Assembly (NCBI GenBank): GCA_028534125.1
Contig: CM052817.1
Span: 70,992,001 to 71,056,000, forward strand
Direction: 5' to 3'
Source: Lama glama
Taxonomy: Eukaryota
Length of the DNA: 64,000 nucleotides
A model generated the notes under the pieces. That model was given only the letters and a program-made list of their open reading frames with translations. It made no database searches and was not told where the DNA came from. This document shows, piece after piece, positions 63,154 to 64,000 of this stretch. A program made the translations under genes and the position numbers. Each line of letters starts with the position of its first letter. Position 1 is the stretch's first letter.

Positions 63154-63234
63154 GTGTTGACAGCTCTTCTACCACAAGCAGTGCTTCTCCGATGCCCAAC
63201 AGTTACGATGCCCTAGAAGGAGGCAGTTACCCAG
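63154..63234 (+). CDS. SEC24B: SEC24B coding exon 5 (GVDSSSTTSSASPMPNSYDALEGGSYP), 81 nt; gene continues beyond the window
   Basis: Acceptor ttttccttttag|GT; donor CAG|GTAATT; frame consistent. Confidence 0.94.
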
Positions 63235-64000
63235 GTAATTTGTTTCCTGCTTATTTGATGTTCACTCAAAAAGTGACTGACCGTCAGTTGCTTTCAAACA
63301 TGAACATGTATTGTACATAGTTATCAGACTCTATTTTTAACAGGAAAAAAAGACATTTTCCTGGTATTTCTGAGCCTTAACTTAATAGCGCTAATTGCCT
63401 TGAAACGACTATGAATGCTATTTCTGGAAGGCCTAAGGAAATATATTATTCCATTTTTATTATTATGTTCCTTATCTTTTTCCTATTTCTAAGAGACATA
63501 ATACTGAAATTTTTCTCCTTTTCCCTTCTTTTTTATGCTGATAACTCCTTAAATAAATTTTATATTTCTGTTCTCATGCTTAGGTCCTTGAATTTCTTCC
63601 AACTAGCCTCTGAATATAAATAGTTTTTGACTCTTTACTCCCCCTATGGCTCCTTGCTGCCTCCACCAGGTAAATAGATTAAACAACTTGGGGGTAGGTT
63701 TCGGAGGCATTGCTTTTAATCGTATCTTGAAATAACTTTGCATTACATAGGAGCAGGAGTGGTGGACAGTGATAAAAAAATTACAAACTTAACTTTCATA
63801 ATGAATAGTCATTTCATTATAATATCATGTACTGGTATCTTCGTAATTTGCCTGTTTGCTATCACTGGCAACCAGGCAGCCACACCTGACCTCCCTCTTT
63901 CTCTTCCCTTGTGATTCCAAACTTTAAGACTAACAGAACAAGGAATTTTGCCCTTCTTTCTTATAACATTGCTAATTATCCAGGATGAAGCTTAATTGAA

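Noticed and set aside
63196..63218. FFAT (VAP-binding) motif NSYDALE
   Set aside because: Resembles EFFDAxE but lacks the essential aromatic residue at core position 2.
1..64000. CRISPR arrays, operons or other prokaryotic/viral systems
   Set aside because: No regularly spaced repeat-spacer array or gene-dense segment; the sequence is consistent with mammalian intergenic and intronic DNA throughout.

Overview
Mammalian genomic DNA, very probably a camelid (two tRNA-derived SINEs look like the camelid vic-1 family). It contains about 22 kb of repeat-rich upstream sequence, a CpG-island promoter and the first five coding exons of SEC24B (COPII coat cargo adaptor) on the + strand: 22661-22787, 34723-35469, 44711-44884, 52558-52662 and 63154-63234. 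These exons encode only the N-terminal P/Q/S-rich low-complexity region, and the gene continues past the window. The remainder is L1, MIR, MaLR LTR and DNA-transposon remnants plus microsatellites; nearly all listed ORFs are spurious. I found no new multi-gene system. The best leads are a chimeric U6 retrocopy with a 38-nt non-U6 tail inside a target-site duplication (TSD), a probable L1 3' transduction, an all-phase-1 symmetric exon layout with an acidic cassette exon and a tandem acceptor, and a cluster of CTCF-like motifs upstream. Repeat subfamily names and boundaries are by eye and approximate, and comparisons with human SEC24B are from memory.
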